NCBI RefSeq assembly: GCF_004010195.1
Contig: NC_057755.1
Coordinates: 5,625,474 to 5,689,473 of the forward strand
Direction of reading: 5' to 3'
Source of the DNA: Chiloscyllium plagiosum
Taxonomy: Eukaryota
Length of the DNA: 64,000 bases
Position 1 is the first letter of the stretch. Every line of letters begins with the position of its first letter. The notes below the pieces were generated by a model. The model worked only from the letters and a program-made list of their open reading frames with translations, had not been told where the DNA came from and did no database searches. Below are positions 25,323-37,734 of this stretch, piece after piece. The position numbers were made by a program, and so were the translations under genes.

Positions 25323-25573
25323 AGGACAACACAGATCTAGATTCTATATATTTATCTAAGGAATGACAAATGTCTAATGATAATTTCTGTTTACTACTGA
25401 AATATTTTAAGTATTAAAAGCTTTTCTTTCTCTCTTTAAAGCGCGAAACTTGAAAGAGAAATTGAGAAGAACTTGTACCTCTCCCTGTCTCAAGTTTTAG
25501 CCAAAACTACTGCAGTACTATTATCAATAAAAACTTTTTATTTGAGTATTGTTGATTCTTTTTTCCTCTCACA
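25323..25573 (+). mobile_element. ERV 3' LTR, right part (R/U5)
   Basis: Resumes at the L1 TSD. AATAAA near 25526. Ends TTTCCTCTCACA, an imperfect inverted match to the TGTGGGAAA start. Confidence 0.55.
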
Positions 25574-25698
25574 GGTCCCAGGTGTTTTAGCTAATTTTAA
25601 TCCAGTTACACAGGTTCCCCGTTTTTAGGCATCAAACTGCATCTCTGTCCTTCTCTTTCACTCTTTCTCTCTCTTTCCCCTTCTCCATCCGCAGTCGT

Positions 25699-25733
<35 letters not shown>

Positions 25734-25750
25734 TTCTCTCTCTCTCTCTC
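25699..25750. repeat. (CT)n microsatellite
   Basis: Directly visible, about 26 units with two interruptions. Confidence 0.95.
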
Positions 25751-27548
25751 TTACTCGCTCTTTCTCCCTCGCCCTCCATTTCTCCATCTCTTTTTCTCCA
25801 TTTCAAAACTGCTACTTCAATGCGGGTCTAATCAGAAATGTCCTGTCATGGGGGAAGTCAAAATAGTGCTATCAAGTTCCCTTCTGCTAAAAGTGCTCTG
25901 CTGGTCTCCCAACACCACTGAACAGCAGGTGGTATGGGGTGAAAACTCTTCGGGATTCAGAAAGGGAGAGAGGGAGGGAAACAGCTCACAGAAGCATCCG
26001 AACTGACAGTACCTTCAACGTAGAACAACACACAGCCACACATATCTACACACCACTGGTGAGAAAATGTTTGGATTTGGATTAAGGTCTCTCAGTGTAG
26101 AACATATTGGAGAAATGTCACGTTCAATCTGCAACGTGGACATCACTTGGCTTTGAACACAATTCAAGACATTATACACATTAAACATAATGTTTCTACA
26201 TTAAAAACAATGTTTCAATTGTATCCAGACATCTCTGAGTGAACCGTTTCACCAGGAGGCAGGGTGAATTTCATTGCACTTTCTGCAGGTTACAATGTTT
26301 TCTGATGTTCTCTCGCAAATTCTAAGTGAGAAAGAATTCAAAGGTGGAGGGTATGAGATAACACTGGGCATGTTCACCTCATTTTCCTCATATCTCAGGG
26401 ACAACATCGTAAGGGATCGGGCAAGACTGCTCTGTGAAATACATTTTTGAAGAACGTAACAAATGTGCAATGTGAGACATTAAAAGACTTTGATTTGTTG
26501 CCCCCCCCCCCAAAAAAAAAGAAACGAATCTTCTGCCTGTGCAATGGCATGGGGAGTCCAGCAGACGGTGGTATTGCATCATTTAAACCACAAGGTGGAC
26601 AGGGACCCCAATTGGACAGAGACACAGACATACTCAGAAACATAGAGATACGTGGATACATTGTCAGGCTAAAGCAAACACCTGGGACAGGGTCTGTCCC
26701 TCATTGGGAGACAATGAGTATGAGAAACCATCGAGGGAGCTAGGACCAACTGGAATACTGAGTATCACTCCTTCAGCCTGTCCAACCGTAAGCTTGTGTT
26801 TGTTTTTGTCTGACTATTCCTCTTCTATCCCTCATTCTCTGTCATTCTCTTTCTGTTCTTGTCTCATTCCCCTTGTCTCTCTCTGTCCTTCTTTTTCACT
26901 GTTTCACTCTCTCCCCATTTCAAACCTGAAAATGCACAACAAATTTTGAACCCCCCTCCCCCCCATTAAATGATCATTGCCCTGTCCAGCTCATCAGGAT
27001 TTGTCCAAATGGCATCATTGATTCCCCTTCCATTTGAGACTGTTCCTCTGCTCTGTCTCACACTCTGCCTCTTGTGCTGTCCCTCCGCTATCTATCTCTC
27101 TTATAACAGTCCCTCACTCTTCTCCTCTCAAAACAATCCGTAAAACACTTTCCCCTCTCAGTCCTCTCACTTTTGACCATTCTCCCGCTCAGGAATTTAA
27201 GGGCACGGCCACTGTCTAATTGACCTCTCATCCCCTCACTCGCAGACTCACAGCCCCTGGGCTGAAGGACATGCTGCTGAGACTAACTGGATTTTTGACA
27301 GACTACTGTAATACACAGCAAGCTCCCAACCTGCAGATATCCCCTGACCGCGCAATCAATGAGAAAGGTATTTTATGTCCCTTCCACTCCCTCTGTCGAA
27401 GTTTTACCGACCCAAATCAAGACTCAGGTCAGTATTTGAATTGTCCAAAAACAAACTTTATTTCATCACACATGGAGAGAGGGACATAAACATATATAGG
27501 ACGCGTGTCCAAACGTTATTCAAATTACAGTCTTTTACAACAAGAGTT

Positions 27549-28070
27549 TGTGTGTTTCACGTTGTGCTTGTGTGAGAAAAAATACATGTGTACTTCAAAG
27601 CGTGAGTGTGTGGGGGTCAGTATATATTAGTGTGCGTGTGTGTGCGAGAGAGACTGTGTATGTCAGAGTGTGTGCGTGTGCAAGACAGTGCCCATCAGAC
27701 CGTGTGCGTTTGAGAGAGATGGTGTACATCTATCTCTGTGTGAGGAAGAAACAGTGTACATGAGAGAGTGTGCGTGAGATCGACAGTGTAATTCACGGAG
27801 TGTGTGCATACGTGAGTGGAACAGCGTACATCAGAGCATGTGTGTGTGAGAGCGACAGTGTACATCTGTGTGTGTCTACGTGAGAGAGGCTGTGTACATC
27901 GCAGTGTGCATGTGTGAAAGGGAGAGTGTTCATCACAATCTGCGTGCAAGAGGTGGAGAGAGTGTACAGTACAAAGTATGCGTGGGAAAGAGAGAGACAA
28001 ACAGTGTACATCATAATCTGTCCGTTTGTATGAATGTGTGTGTGAGAGAGAGAGTGTGTGTGTGTGTACG
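27549..28070. repeat. Degenerate GT/GA-rich minisatellite
   Basis: Recurrent ACAGTGTACATC-like core separated by (GT)n/(GA)n runs. Confidence 0.7.
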
Positions 28071-29084
28071 TCAGGGAAATATGTGATAGGGGTTTGTGCC
28101 CGGTCCATGTTGCATGTATTCAATGCAGCTCATCTGTGCAAGTTGCTGCATCTGGATTCAGAATGCATTTACTTTCTTCTTGTCTAAACGTCTCGACTTC
28201 TCGGTTCATCTCTACCTCCTTGATTTTCCATTGCATTTCTTACTCTTCTCCATGTCCTTCCCTCTCCCTGGCACCTCCTTTCCATGTCTCCCTTTCTCTG
28301 TCTGTCTCTTCCTCTCCCAACCCCGCCCGACAGTCTCTCACACTTGCACATTCTATTAGAATGATACTCACATTCAAATAATGTCCCATTTGCCATTTCT
28401 GGTCGAGAACACCAATTCACAGTCGGTTAAAATGATTGTACAGCCAACAACCAGGAGTACAATTTTTCTGATGCCATTTAATTCAGTGTTTGGAGTCATA
28501 AAATGCGGAAGTCTTGCTGTGATTGTACATGGGTTTTTTTTGGGGGAGGGGGAATAGCCACCATGGACCAACACAAACTTGACCAACTGATGTATGTAGA
28601 GGTTTCTCCGTGTTCTGAAAGATGGCAGAGAAACAGGCAGATACTCACAAAAATGACCGACAGTAAGGAAAGGACAGAAAGTCACTTAGTTTTTCAAATG
28701 GCATCAGAGCAGACAGGCTCAAGTTGTACAATTGGTTTGGCAAAAATGGGCAAGGACGTTCTGAAGAGGAGATAAGTGGTTTTCAACTTCAGAGCAAAAA
28801 CACAGCAATTTAACATCCCGGTTCAGTCAACAGGATGAAAAATGGACTGTGAGCAGTTCTTATCAGAGACTGGAGGAGGATAGTGAGGAAAATACATCAG
28901 ATTATTGTAACTCAGCACGGAAATATGAAAATTGAGCTGGACTCATTGGAGGCCCTTGAATTTGCCCACCGTGTGACTTTGGTCCAGACCTTGGCACTCT
29001 ACCCCTACTTTGCACCTCTTGACTTTTCCCCCAAAACTCTGACCTCATGCCCTATGTGGGGTTGCGGGTGTGCAGAGGTGAGTT

Positions 29085-29975
29085 GGAGGATGATACGTAG
29101 GTTTACGGGTGACACAAATATTGACCATTTGTTTGACAGTGCGGGAAATAGTCTCTGGTTTGATAGATATAGACAGATTAGTCAGACAGGCAAATCAGTG
29201 GCAGGTGAAATTTAACTCTGATAACTACTTTGGCAGAAGTCATAAGTCAAGGGTGTGATCAATAAATAGTGGCACAGTAGGAAGGTCAGGTGGACAGGAA
29301 AATCTTGGGATGTGTGTCAACAGATCCCTGAACACAGCAGGGCAGTTTTATAGGGTTGTTAAGGAGACATACAGGGCACATGGTTTTATCATTGATTATG
29401 AGAGCAGTAAGATCCGTTTCGTGATCTACAGGACTTTGGTTAGGTCACAAATGGTGTATTTCTTGCACTTCTGGTCACTGCACCACAAGAAGGATCTGGC
29501 TGCATTGGAGGGAGCGCAAAGGAGTTTCCACAGATTGTTGCTTGGTTTGTAGTAGATTACCCATGAAGAAGGATGCTTGATAAGCTCAGGCTGCTTTCTT
29601 TAGAGCGGAGATAAGGTTATGTAAGACTATGAGTTTGTGGAATGAGTGAACAGAAAACAATTGTTTCCCTTAGTCGAAGGGCCAAGAACAACGAGGCATT
29701 ATTTTAAGCTGAAAAGCTGGACGTTTGAGAGGACATGAGGAAAAATCTTCTCACTGAGAGGATGATCGGAGACTGCACTGTTCTGAGTGGTACGGTAGTT
29801 AAGATGTGAAACATCACATCACACCCTTTAAAATTACTTAAATGAGAACTTGAAATGTCATAGCATTCAAGGTTCTTGGCCAAACGCTGGAGAGTAGGAC
29901 TGATGTAGATTTACTGTAGTTCTGGCGAAACAAACATGTTGGGACAAACGGTCACTTTAGTTCTATATAATTCTG
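29085..29975 (+). mobile_element. Old CR1 3' fragment
   Basis: RFTGDTNI (degenerate FADD region), YRTLVRSQMVYFLHFWSLHHKKD..LEGAQR, and a CR1-type tail. Confidence 0.8.
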
Positions 29976-30611
29976 TCATTCTAGAATCCTGAACCTAAGG
30001 TTCTGTATTAGTTTCAAGTTTGTTTTTAATTTGTTTTGAGAAAATATAGGTTTGTGCACGTTCCAGTCGTTGCTGTGGTCTTTCACAGCATCAGGTTCTC
30101 GATGAGAATGCTCAATCATAGAAAGAATTTCCCAATTGAGTTGTAAAACTGAATTGACAAGAAAAGCAGTGGGACGCAGAGTGCAGTAAAACAAGTTTCA
30201 AGGAGCTCCGAACATGAGATACCAAAAGTCTGAATAGCCTCAGCAAAAGGAAGGTCATCCTTCCGTGAAAATCAAGACATAGTTAGATATTGATTGGAAT
30301 GAATGCAATCATGCTGTTGTTTGAAGGAAAATTAGGATTGATATTGAGACCAGCGGGATCGGACGAATCATGTCTTTCAGGTACTCAATTACAGGCGAAA
30401 ATCTCAAAAAGATGACATTATTCAAATGAATCTGATGTCGTAATCTGTTTGTTCAAAAACGAATTGAAGATATCTTCAAGGTTTCCCTGTGGAGATGCCA
30501 CATAACATAAATAAAAGTCTCTGGAAATGCGTCATACAATTATGAGAGAAATCTCCAATACAGGCAGGCTGCCAGCACCAGGAAGGGAGACGCTGTTTCA
30601 GAAATAACAGA

Positions 30612-30678
30612 ATGCATCTTCCAAGGCAAACAGTCGAAAAATTGTACAGCACCATTCTTGCAATTATTGGTATTCCTG
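30612..30678 (+). CDS. GPR139/GPR142-like GPCR, exon 1 (intact gene)
   Basis: MHLPRQTVEKLYSTILAIIGIP+g followed by the donor GTATGT. Same 67-nt length and phase as the paralogous exons at 8424-8490 and 44775-44841. Not in the ORF track. Confidence 0.85.
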
Positions 30679-31789
30679 GTATGTCTTCTAACAAATTCTG
30701 CAATATGAATACCTGCATTAAGTTTTACTTATTTACAATGAATGATTTTTAATAATGTTATTTCCATTTAGCACACCAAATCCAAATGCCGGGCGAAAGT
30801 CTCCTCAATAACTGAGTTTAAAGCAACTAGTTTGACAAATAAGAGATTCATCACCGAGGTGCAGCATTTTCTGTCTGAATGTGTTCTGCAGAATGGGTTT
30901 GCATTGACGATGCATTGATTAAACTTGAGAGAACACTGGCCCTGGCCGATCCCAGGAAGAGTTTCGAAATATCACTTTCTTTCTCTGTGATAGTTGAAGG
31001 ACTGCGATGGGTCAGATGAATTTTGTGGTGCAGGAGAAATGTTCAAGGCGAAAGGCTGAGTGCATGCTGCTGACGTTCTGCCGAATTTTGGGCATCAGTT
31101 ATGACATCAGATAATCCGTCTCATAGCTTATTTTTCTGAGTCAAATGAATTCCCCAACTGCTGCTGGTCTCAAAGCCAGGAGACAGCTCCATTTGCCTCA
31201 GTTGTCTGTGCTGAGTACTGTTAAGTGCGTTAGTTTTCCCTACTCCAGTTAACAATATTGAATCACGGGGAGGATGTCTTATCTTCAAATCTGGAGTAGA
31301 TCATTTCATATTTGTGACAATGTACTCAGTGCAGGGGTATCTAATCGAAGGGAATGGTCTAATAAGGGACCAGTCATGTGCATGGGGAGTTGGCTGTGCA
31401 AGGAGAGCTCCATTTTCTTTTAGTCATTGAAAACATGTGGGTGTCACTGGCTTGGCCAACACTTACCAGCCTTGCATAATTGTGCAGAGGACAGGTAGGG
31501 GTCTTCCAGATTGTTGTGAGTCTGGATTCACATGTTGGTCAGACCACGTAAGAATGATAGAACACCTTCCCTTAAGGATATCAGTGATCGAAATGACTAC
31601 CTTTTCCTGACAATTGATAACCAGTTCATCTTCATCATTAGAATCTTAAGTCGAGATTTCGATTTTAAATCAAATTCCAACATCTGCCAGAACATTATCT
31701 CAATTTTTACGTTAACGGTGTAGTTATAAGACCAATCAGCCATCGTCTCCCATAATCTTTAGCATTGACCGAATCCGTAAGTGTAAAAG

Positions 31790-31990
31790 TGGCACCGTGG
31801 TTAGTACCAGACACCCAAGTTTGATTTCAGTCTTGAGCAACTGTCTGTGTGGAAATTGCACCTTTTCCCTGACCTGCTATGAATAAAAAGAAATACGGCC
31901 ATGAAGGTGGGGGGTATTGGTGTTCGGCTCCTCGGAGGATCGTAGCAGACTCAATGGACAGCATGGACTTTCTCCACTCTGCACCATTCT
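31790..31990 (+). mobile_element. Degenerate HE1-like (V-SINE) element in the GPCR intron
   Basis: tRNA-like head remnant (gtggttagtac..gtttgatt) followed by ctgtctgtgtggaaattgcac, similar to 38375-38620. Confidence 0.55.
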
Positions 31991-32897
31991 GGTGACCTCC
32001 ATGGAGAATGCTGTTTTAACCATGAGGCTTTCAAAGTTCCACAGTGTGTCCCAAGTCTGACAGGGCGATCTCTATGGCTAAGGAGAGAGTCTAGGAAAGG
32101 ATCATGGTGCCTGAGCCCGGATACATGTCGGAAAGTTTGGATAACCGCACATAAAGTGTCTGATTACATAAACTGAAATTTGCAGTGACCAGTGCTGCAT
32201 AGATACAGATTTTATTTGGGTGAAGGCTTTGGCATACAATTTGGACAGGTGCCAAATTTTGACATTTTTCTGATTGTGATTAGTATCCATGGTGGTTGTA
32301 TTCACTGATAATTACCTTCATAGATCGGATTGTCAGTATGTTCAATAATGTAAACAATGGAGGGATTCAATGCCGATCTTTCGTTCATTGATATTGTAGC
32401 AGACATCAATGTTTGGACACAGCGAAGTGATTCAGTACCCTGTGATATAGTTCATACAGCGTGATTTTGCAACTCTGGATGCAATCAGAGCTACAGAGAC
32501 CCTGAAAACGAATACAGAAATTTTACAATTAATGTCCGTGTTAGATGTCTACCCTTCTTCGTTTTCCTCATCCCAGTTTCGTTGTGAGGATGTTGTGGTC
32601 TTACTGCAAGCTCCAGTCAGTCTGAGTAACTTATAAAGCAGATGAAATCAACTGCCGAGCCCAAAACAATGTTGAGGAAATTACCATGTTTCTGTCAGGA
32701 ATCTGCTACTCATGTTCTTCTCTTCATATCTTAAAACCTGTAAAATCATTAATCGAGAGTGTTTGCTGGCGCGTTTCAGAAACGTTAAAGGTGAGATGAC
32801 ATGGAACAACAATTTTCTTTCTGTCATTGCTTACAGTCTGCCTTCAGCCACGGATAATGTTTGATCAGTAACGCTTTTTTAAAAAATTATCTTACAG

Positions 32898-33784
32898 TTA
32901 CTCTCGTGCTAATTGCATTCCTGGCTTGGGGAAGGCGTGGTCTTTCTAAATGCAGCACTCGTTATCTGGTGACCATGGCAGCGTCTGATCTTCTGTTCAT
33001 TGTATTTTATGTCGTATTATTCAAATTTTCACGTTATTATAACGTACAAAGTTTCCTGGACATTACTCCTGTTTGTAGTGTTATCTATGCCCTGACCTGC
33101 TTGACTATTGATTGTTCTGTCTGGTTCACTGTTGCCTTTTCTTTTGATCGATTTGTCGCCATTTGTTTTCATCAGATGAAAACTGAGTATTGCACAGAGA
33201 AAACGTCGACGAGAGTTCTAGCAACAATCTGCATTTTCTTTGCTTTAAAAAACATTCCCAACTACTTTCGATTTAAACCTGGAACGATCAGCAACAATGT
33301 TCCATGGTACTGTTATACCACATCCAGTTATTATAATGATCCTCGGTGGAAAAGTTTTCAATATTTTGAACAATTTTTAACACCATTTCTCCCATTCACT
33401 TTTATTCTCTTTATTAATGTTCTGACTGTCAGACACATCTTCAATGCTATTGAGGTGCGTAAGGGACTGAGACGTCAGGGGAAAATAGACAATGATCCAG
33501 AGATAGAGAGCAGACAGAATTCCGTGGTTTTACTCTTTGCCATATGTGCCAGCTTCATACTTCTCTGGTTGGTTTTTGTCTTAAGTTTTTTTAATGTTGC
33601 TTATTCCTTGAATTCTGGTGCTGCTTCTCTCTTTCAACAAGTTGGATATATGCTGCGGGACTTAAATTGCTGCACAAACGCATTCATTTATGTGGTGACA
33701 CAGAGAAATTTCAGAGACCAGTTAAAGTACACCATGAAATATCCGGTTATGAAAATAATTCAGTTGATGGACTCGAAACGTTAA
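32898..33784 (+). CDS. GPR139/GPR142-like GPCR, exon 2 (spliced product 317 aa)
   Basis: Acceptor cttacAG at 32896-32897. Open frame with the remaining TM segments: MAASDLL (TM2), SFDRFVAIC (DRY-like), PWYC (ECL2), TPFLPF (TM5), SFILLW (TM6), NCCTNAFIY (TM7). 67+887=954 nt. Confidence 0.92.
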
Positions 33785-33954
33785 CTCTGTTTCTGTCGAT
33801 ACAATGTTAGCTGATCAAGTGTATTTTATGCACATGGAAAACTGGTTAATAGTAAGAGTTTTAGAAAATGAAGTTGAGTTGAATAAATTACAGCTATCAA
33901 ACTTTTTTTCAACAGAATTATGAATTTGATAAGGAGCTGAGAAATACACTCTAA

Positions 33955-34855
33955 TTCAAGGTGCAGTCGACAGCGAAGAAGGTGCACTCAGTGCACAACT
34001 GGATCTTGATCAGGTGGGCCAATGGGCCCAGGCGTGACAGATGGGGTTTAATTTAGATGATTGCGAGGTGCTGCACTTTGGAAAGGCAAATCAGCGCATG
34101 AATTATACAATTAATGGTAAGCTCATGGGGAGCGTTACTGAACAAAGATACGTTCGGTTGCAATTCCGTAGTTCCTTGAAAGTGGACTCGCAGATAAATA
34201 GTATATCGAAGAAGGTGCTTGGTATGCTTTCCTTTATTGTTCAGTGCATAACCTAATGAGGTTGGGAGATCATGTTGCAGCTGTACAGGGCATTGGTAAA
34301 GCTACTTTTGGAATACTGCATGCAGTTCTGCTCTCCATGCTACCCGAACGAATTTCTGAAAACTTATACGGTTAAAAAAAGATTTTTAAGGATGTTGACA
34401 AGTTTGGAGAGATTGAACTGTAAGGAGAGGCTGAATTGGGTCCTGTTGTTTTTTTTTTCCTGGATTGTCAGAAGCTGCTGTGCACCCTTATAGAAGTTTA
34501 CAAAAACATGAGGGGCATAGGTATGGTGAAGAAACAAGGTCTTTTCTTGAGGTGGGGAGTCAAAAAAAAGAAGACATAGGTTTAAAGTGAGGGAGGAAAG
34601 ACAAAAAAAGTGACTGAAGGGGCAGCGGTTTGAAGCAGAAGATAGTATATGCCTGGAATGAGCTGCCTGAGAAAGTGGTAGAAGGAGGTACAACTATAAT
34701 GATTAAAAAGTATTTCGATGTGTTTATGAGTACCAAGGCTTTAGAGGGTTTGGGATCAAATGCTGGCAAATTGACCTAGATTAGTTCAGGATATATGATT
34801 AGCCTGGGTGAGTTTAATTGAAGGGTTATTTCCATAGTACATCTCTGACTGTATG
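33955..34855 (+). mobile_element. CR1 3' fragment
   Basis: FNLDDCEVLHFGKAN, LYRALVKLLLEYCMQF, and a tail like 7560-7710. Confidence 0.88.
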
Positions 34856-35489
34856 TTGGTGTAGTTATAATTCAATATCTCTTTTCCTCAAACTGGTTCG
34901 AATTTCCCACAGGAGTAAACTGCTTAAGATATGAAGGTGTACACAAACGCCATTGAAGATGTATTCCCCGTTTATCTACTTTGCTAGGTAGAGGATACAC
35001 AGTTTGTATGCAGGTTACAGAGACGCCTCGCTGACCGACAATCTCATAAATCTCTCAGTGAACACAATATATTACGGACCATCTTAATAGCTGAATATAC
35101 TTCAGAGGGAAAAGGTCCAAACAAAAAGAATGAACTGTTCCAGCTAATGTCTTTGCATCAGAATGAGGGAAGGTGGAAATGTAATAGAGTTAAGCCAGGA
35201 GTGTGGGGGCTTGCAAAACGTTCAGGATGTCTGTGAGCCTATCTCTGAACATTTATTTCTATCTCTGTGTGTGTATGTCAGTGTGTGTGTGAATAGCTCT
35301 GCCTTCAATGGGACATAATTTGAATGAATTAATAGGTGATTGAACAAAAATCTCCATTTTTGTCTTTCTGCCTGTGTTTCTTGTGTTGAGAGTGGTGCAG
35401 TGTCAGCCTCCATTGTGCTCCCCTTTCACTGTACAATCACTGTTTATTTTGGAGAAATCATCAAATCCTCTGAATGTCTCACGTATCGC

Positions 35490-35765
35490 AAAGTGACAGG
35501 GTCATATAAGTGTAAAGCATGGAAACAACCCCTTCAGTCCAACTTGTCAATGCTGACCAGATGTCCGAAACGTACCGAGCCACATTTGCCAGCACTTGAC
35601 CCATATCAATCAAAACCCTTCCTCTTCATATACACAAGCACATGCAGTTTAAAAGCAGAAATTGTACCAGCCTCCACCACTTCCTCTGGCAGCTCATTCC
35701 GTCAACTCACCACCCTCTTCGTGAAAACGTTGCACCTTGGATCCCTATTAAATCTTCCCCCTCAG
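35490..35765 (-). mobile_element. CR1 3' end running into a gap
   Basis: Reverse complement of the CR1 tail (gcatggaaacaaccccttcagtccaac..cacttcctctggcagctcattcc). Confidence 0.8.
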
Positions 35766-36265
35766 NNNNNNNNNNNNNNNNNNNNNNNNNNNNNNNNNNN
35801 NNNNNNNNNNNNNNNNNNNNNNNNNNNNNNNNNNNNNNNNNNNNNNNNNNNNNNNNNNNNNNNNNNNNNNNNNNNNNNNNNNNNNNNNNNNNNNNNNNNN
35901 NNNNNNNNNNNNNNNNNNNNNNNNNNNNNNNNNNNNNNNNNNNNNNNNNNNNNNNNNNNNNNNNNNNNNNNNNNNNNNNNNNNNNNNNNNNNNNNNNNNN
36001 NNNNNNNNNNNNNNNNNNNNNNNNNNNNNNNNNNNNNNNNNNNNNNNNNNNNNNNNNNNNNNNNNNNNNNNNNNNNNNNNNNNNNNNNNNNNNNNNNNNN
36101 NNNNNNNNNNNNNNNNNNNNNNNNNNNNNNNNNNNNNNNNNNNNNNNNNNNNNNNNNNNNNNNNNNNNNNNNNNNNNNNNNNNNNNNNNNNNNNNNNNNN
36201 NNNNNNNNNNNNNNNNNNNNNNNNNNNNNNNNNNNNNNNNNNNNNNNNNNNNNNNNNNNNNNNNN
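35766..36265. other. Assembly gap
   Basis: 500 N. Confidence 1.
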
Positions 36266-36399
36266 TAAGGCCTGAATTCAAATATACAGTAGTTGCACCT
36301 CACTGTCCCACTAATAAAGTGTCTTTCATTTATGGGACCTTAACCCTGTCCAGAGAGCATTCAAAATGGATCCAGGCAGTTATACAGACATTTCATAGT

Positions 36400-36805
36400 G
36401 CGATGAACACTGAACAAAGAAAATTACAACACTGGAACAGCACTCCAACCCTGGACTGATCCAGATCCTCTAACTTAACCTGTCGCCTATTTTCTAAGGT
36501 TCTATATCCCTCTGCTCCCTGCACATTCATGTATCTGTCTCAATACATCTTAACTGACGCTATTGTGCCCATCACTACCACCTCCACAGGCAACGCGTTC
36601 CAAGCACCCACCATCCTCTGCATTAAGAATTTTCCAAGAATAGCTCCCTTAAACCTTTCCCCCTCACCTTGAACTCATGACCCCTCATAGTTGAGTCCCC
36701 TTATTTTCATAGGTAGTGCCCTCCATGCCAGGCAACATCCTGGTGAACCTCCTTTGCACCCTATTCAAAGCATCCACATCCTTTTAGCAATGTGACGACC
36801 AGACC
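36400..36805 (-). mobile_element. CR1 3' fragment
   Basis: Reverse-complement CR1 3' motifs (caggcaacgcgttccaagcacccacc; ccaggcaacatcctggtgaacctc). Confidence 0.7.
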
Positions 36806-37734
36806 AGAGCCCTCCAAACATTTCAGAAAGGTAGCCCAGATCCAAAAGTTGCAAGTTGATTTAAGCAGGTGTAAAATGAATGTTCCAGGAGAGATGATGC
36901 TGGCCTAACCACTTAGTTTTAAATAAAACAGAACTTTTTTTTTATAAGATTGCTGAATGAAACACAAACAATGGAAAAATGATACGGAATAACTTAACCT
37001 CTCTGAAAACCCAACAGATCATTCCAAATTAATGACAGTGTTCCAAATACTTGCAATGATCCCCATAAACAACCATTGGTCCAAAAGTGAAAATCAAACT
37101 CAGGGCCTTACAGGGGAGAAGTCAGAGAAGGAGAACCAGCCCAAACCGGCTTCTGTGGGTCCAGCAGCTTCAAAGCGTGACTGCTAAAACTGAGCTGGGA
37201 GAACGGGAAACTTCTCTTTCATTGGACAAAGGTTTCAGTTTCAATGACCTGAAAGCCTCCTGCCTGATGCAGTATCTGTTAGCTATAATCAAACTTGCTC
37301 CAAAAACCTTTAACCCCAGACTTTTCGGAGTCTGCGTCATTTATGACCTCACTGAGAAAAAGCAACGGGTACTACATTGCCCTGTAAATGGAGCAGATTA
37401 GAAAGAACAGACATCCTTTACCAATCTTAGAGAGGATGCAGAACATTCTCAAATTGGAAAGAGGCCAGCAGCAGGTCATTGTATACATTAGAACAAGTAA
37501 CATAGGACAAGGAAAGGACAAGGTTATGAAGAGACAATGTAAGAAATTCTGCAGGAATTTAAAAAGAAGGTCCTCCAGACTAGTTATACATGGATTACTC
37601 CCAGTGCCATGCACTAATGAGAGTAGGATTAGAAGGATATTGCAGATGAATGCATGGCTGAGGAGCTAGTGTAGGGAGACGAATTCATATTTTTGGCTCA
37701 TTGGTATATCTTCTGGGGTAGACGCTACCTGTAT

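Noticed and set aside
32861..32897. ORF-track N-terminus MISNAFLKNYLT of the receptor
   Set aside because: It starts at TTG in intronic sequence. The homologous first exon is at 30612-30678.
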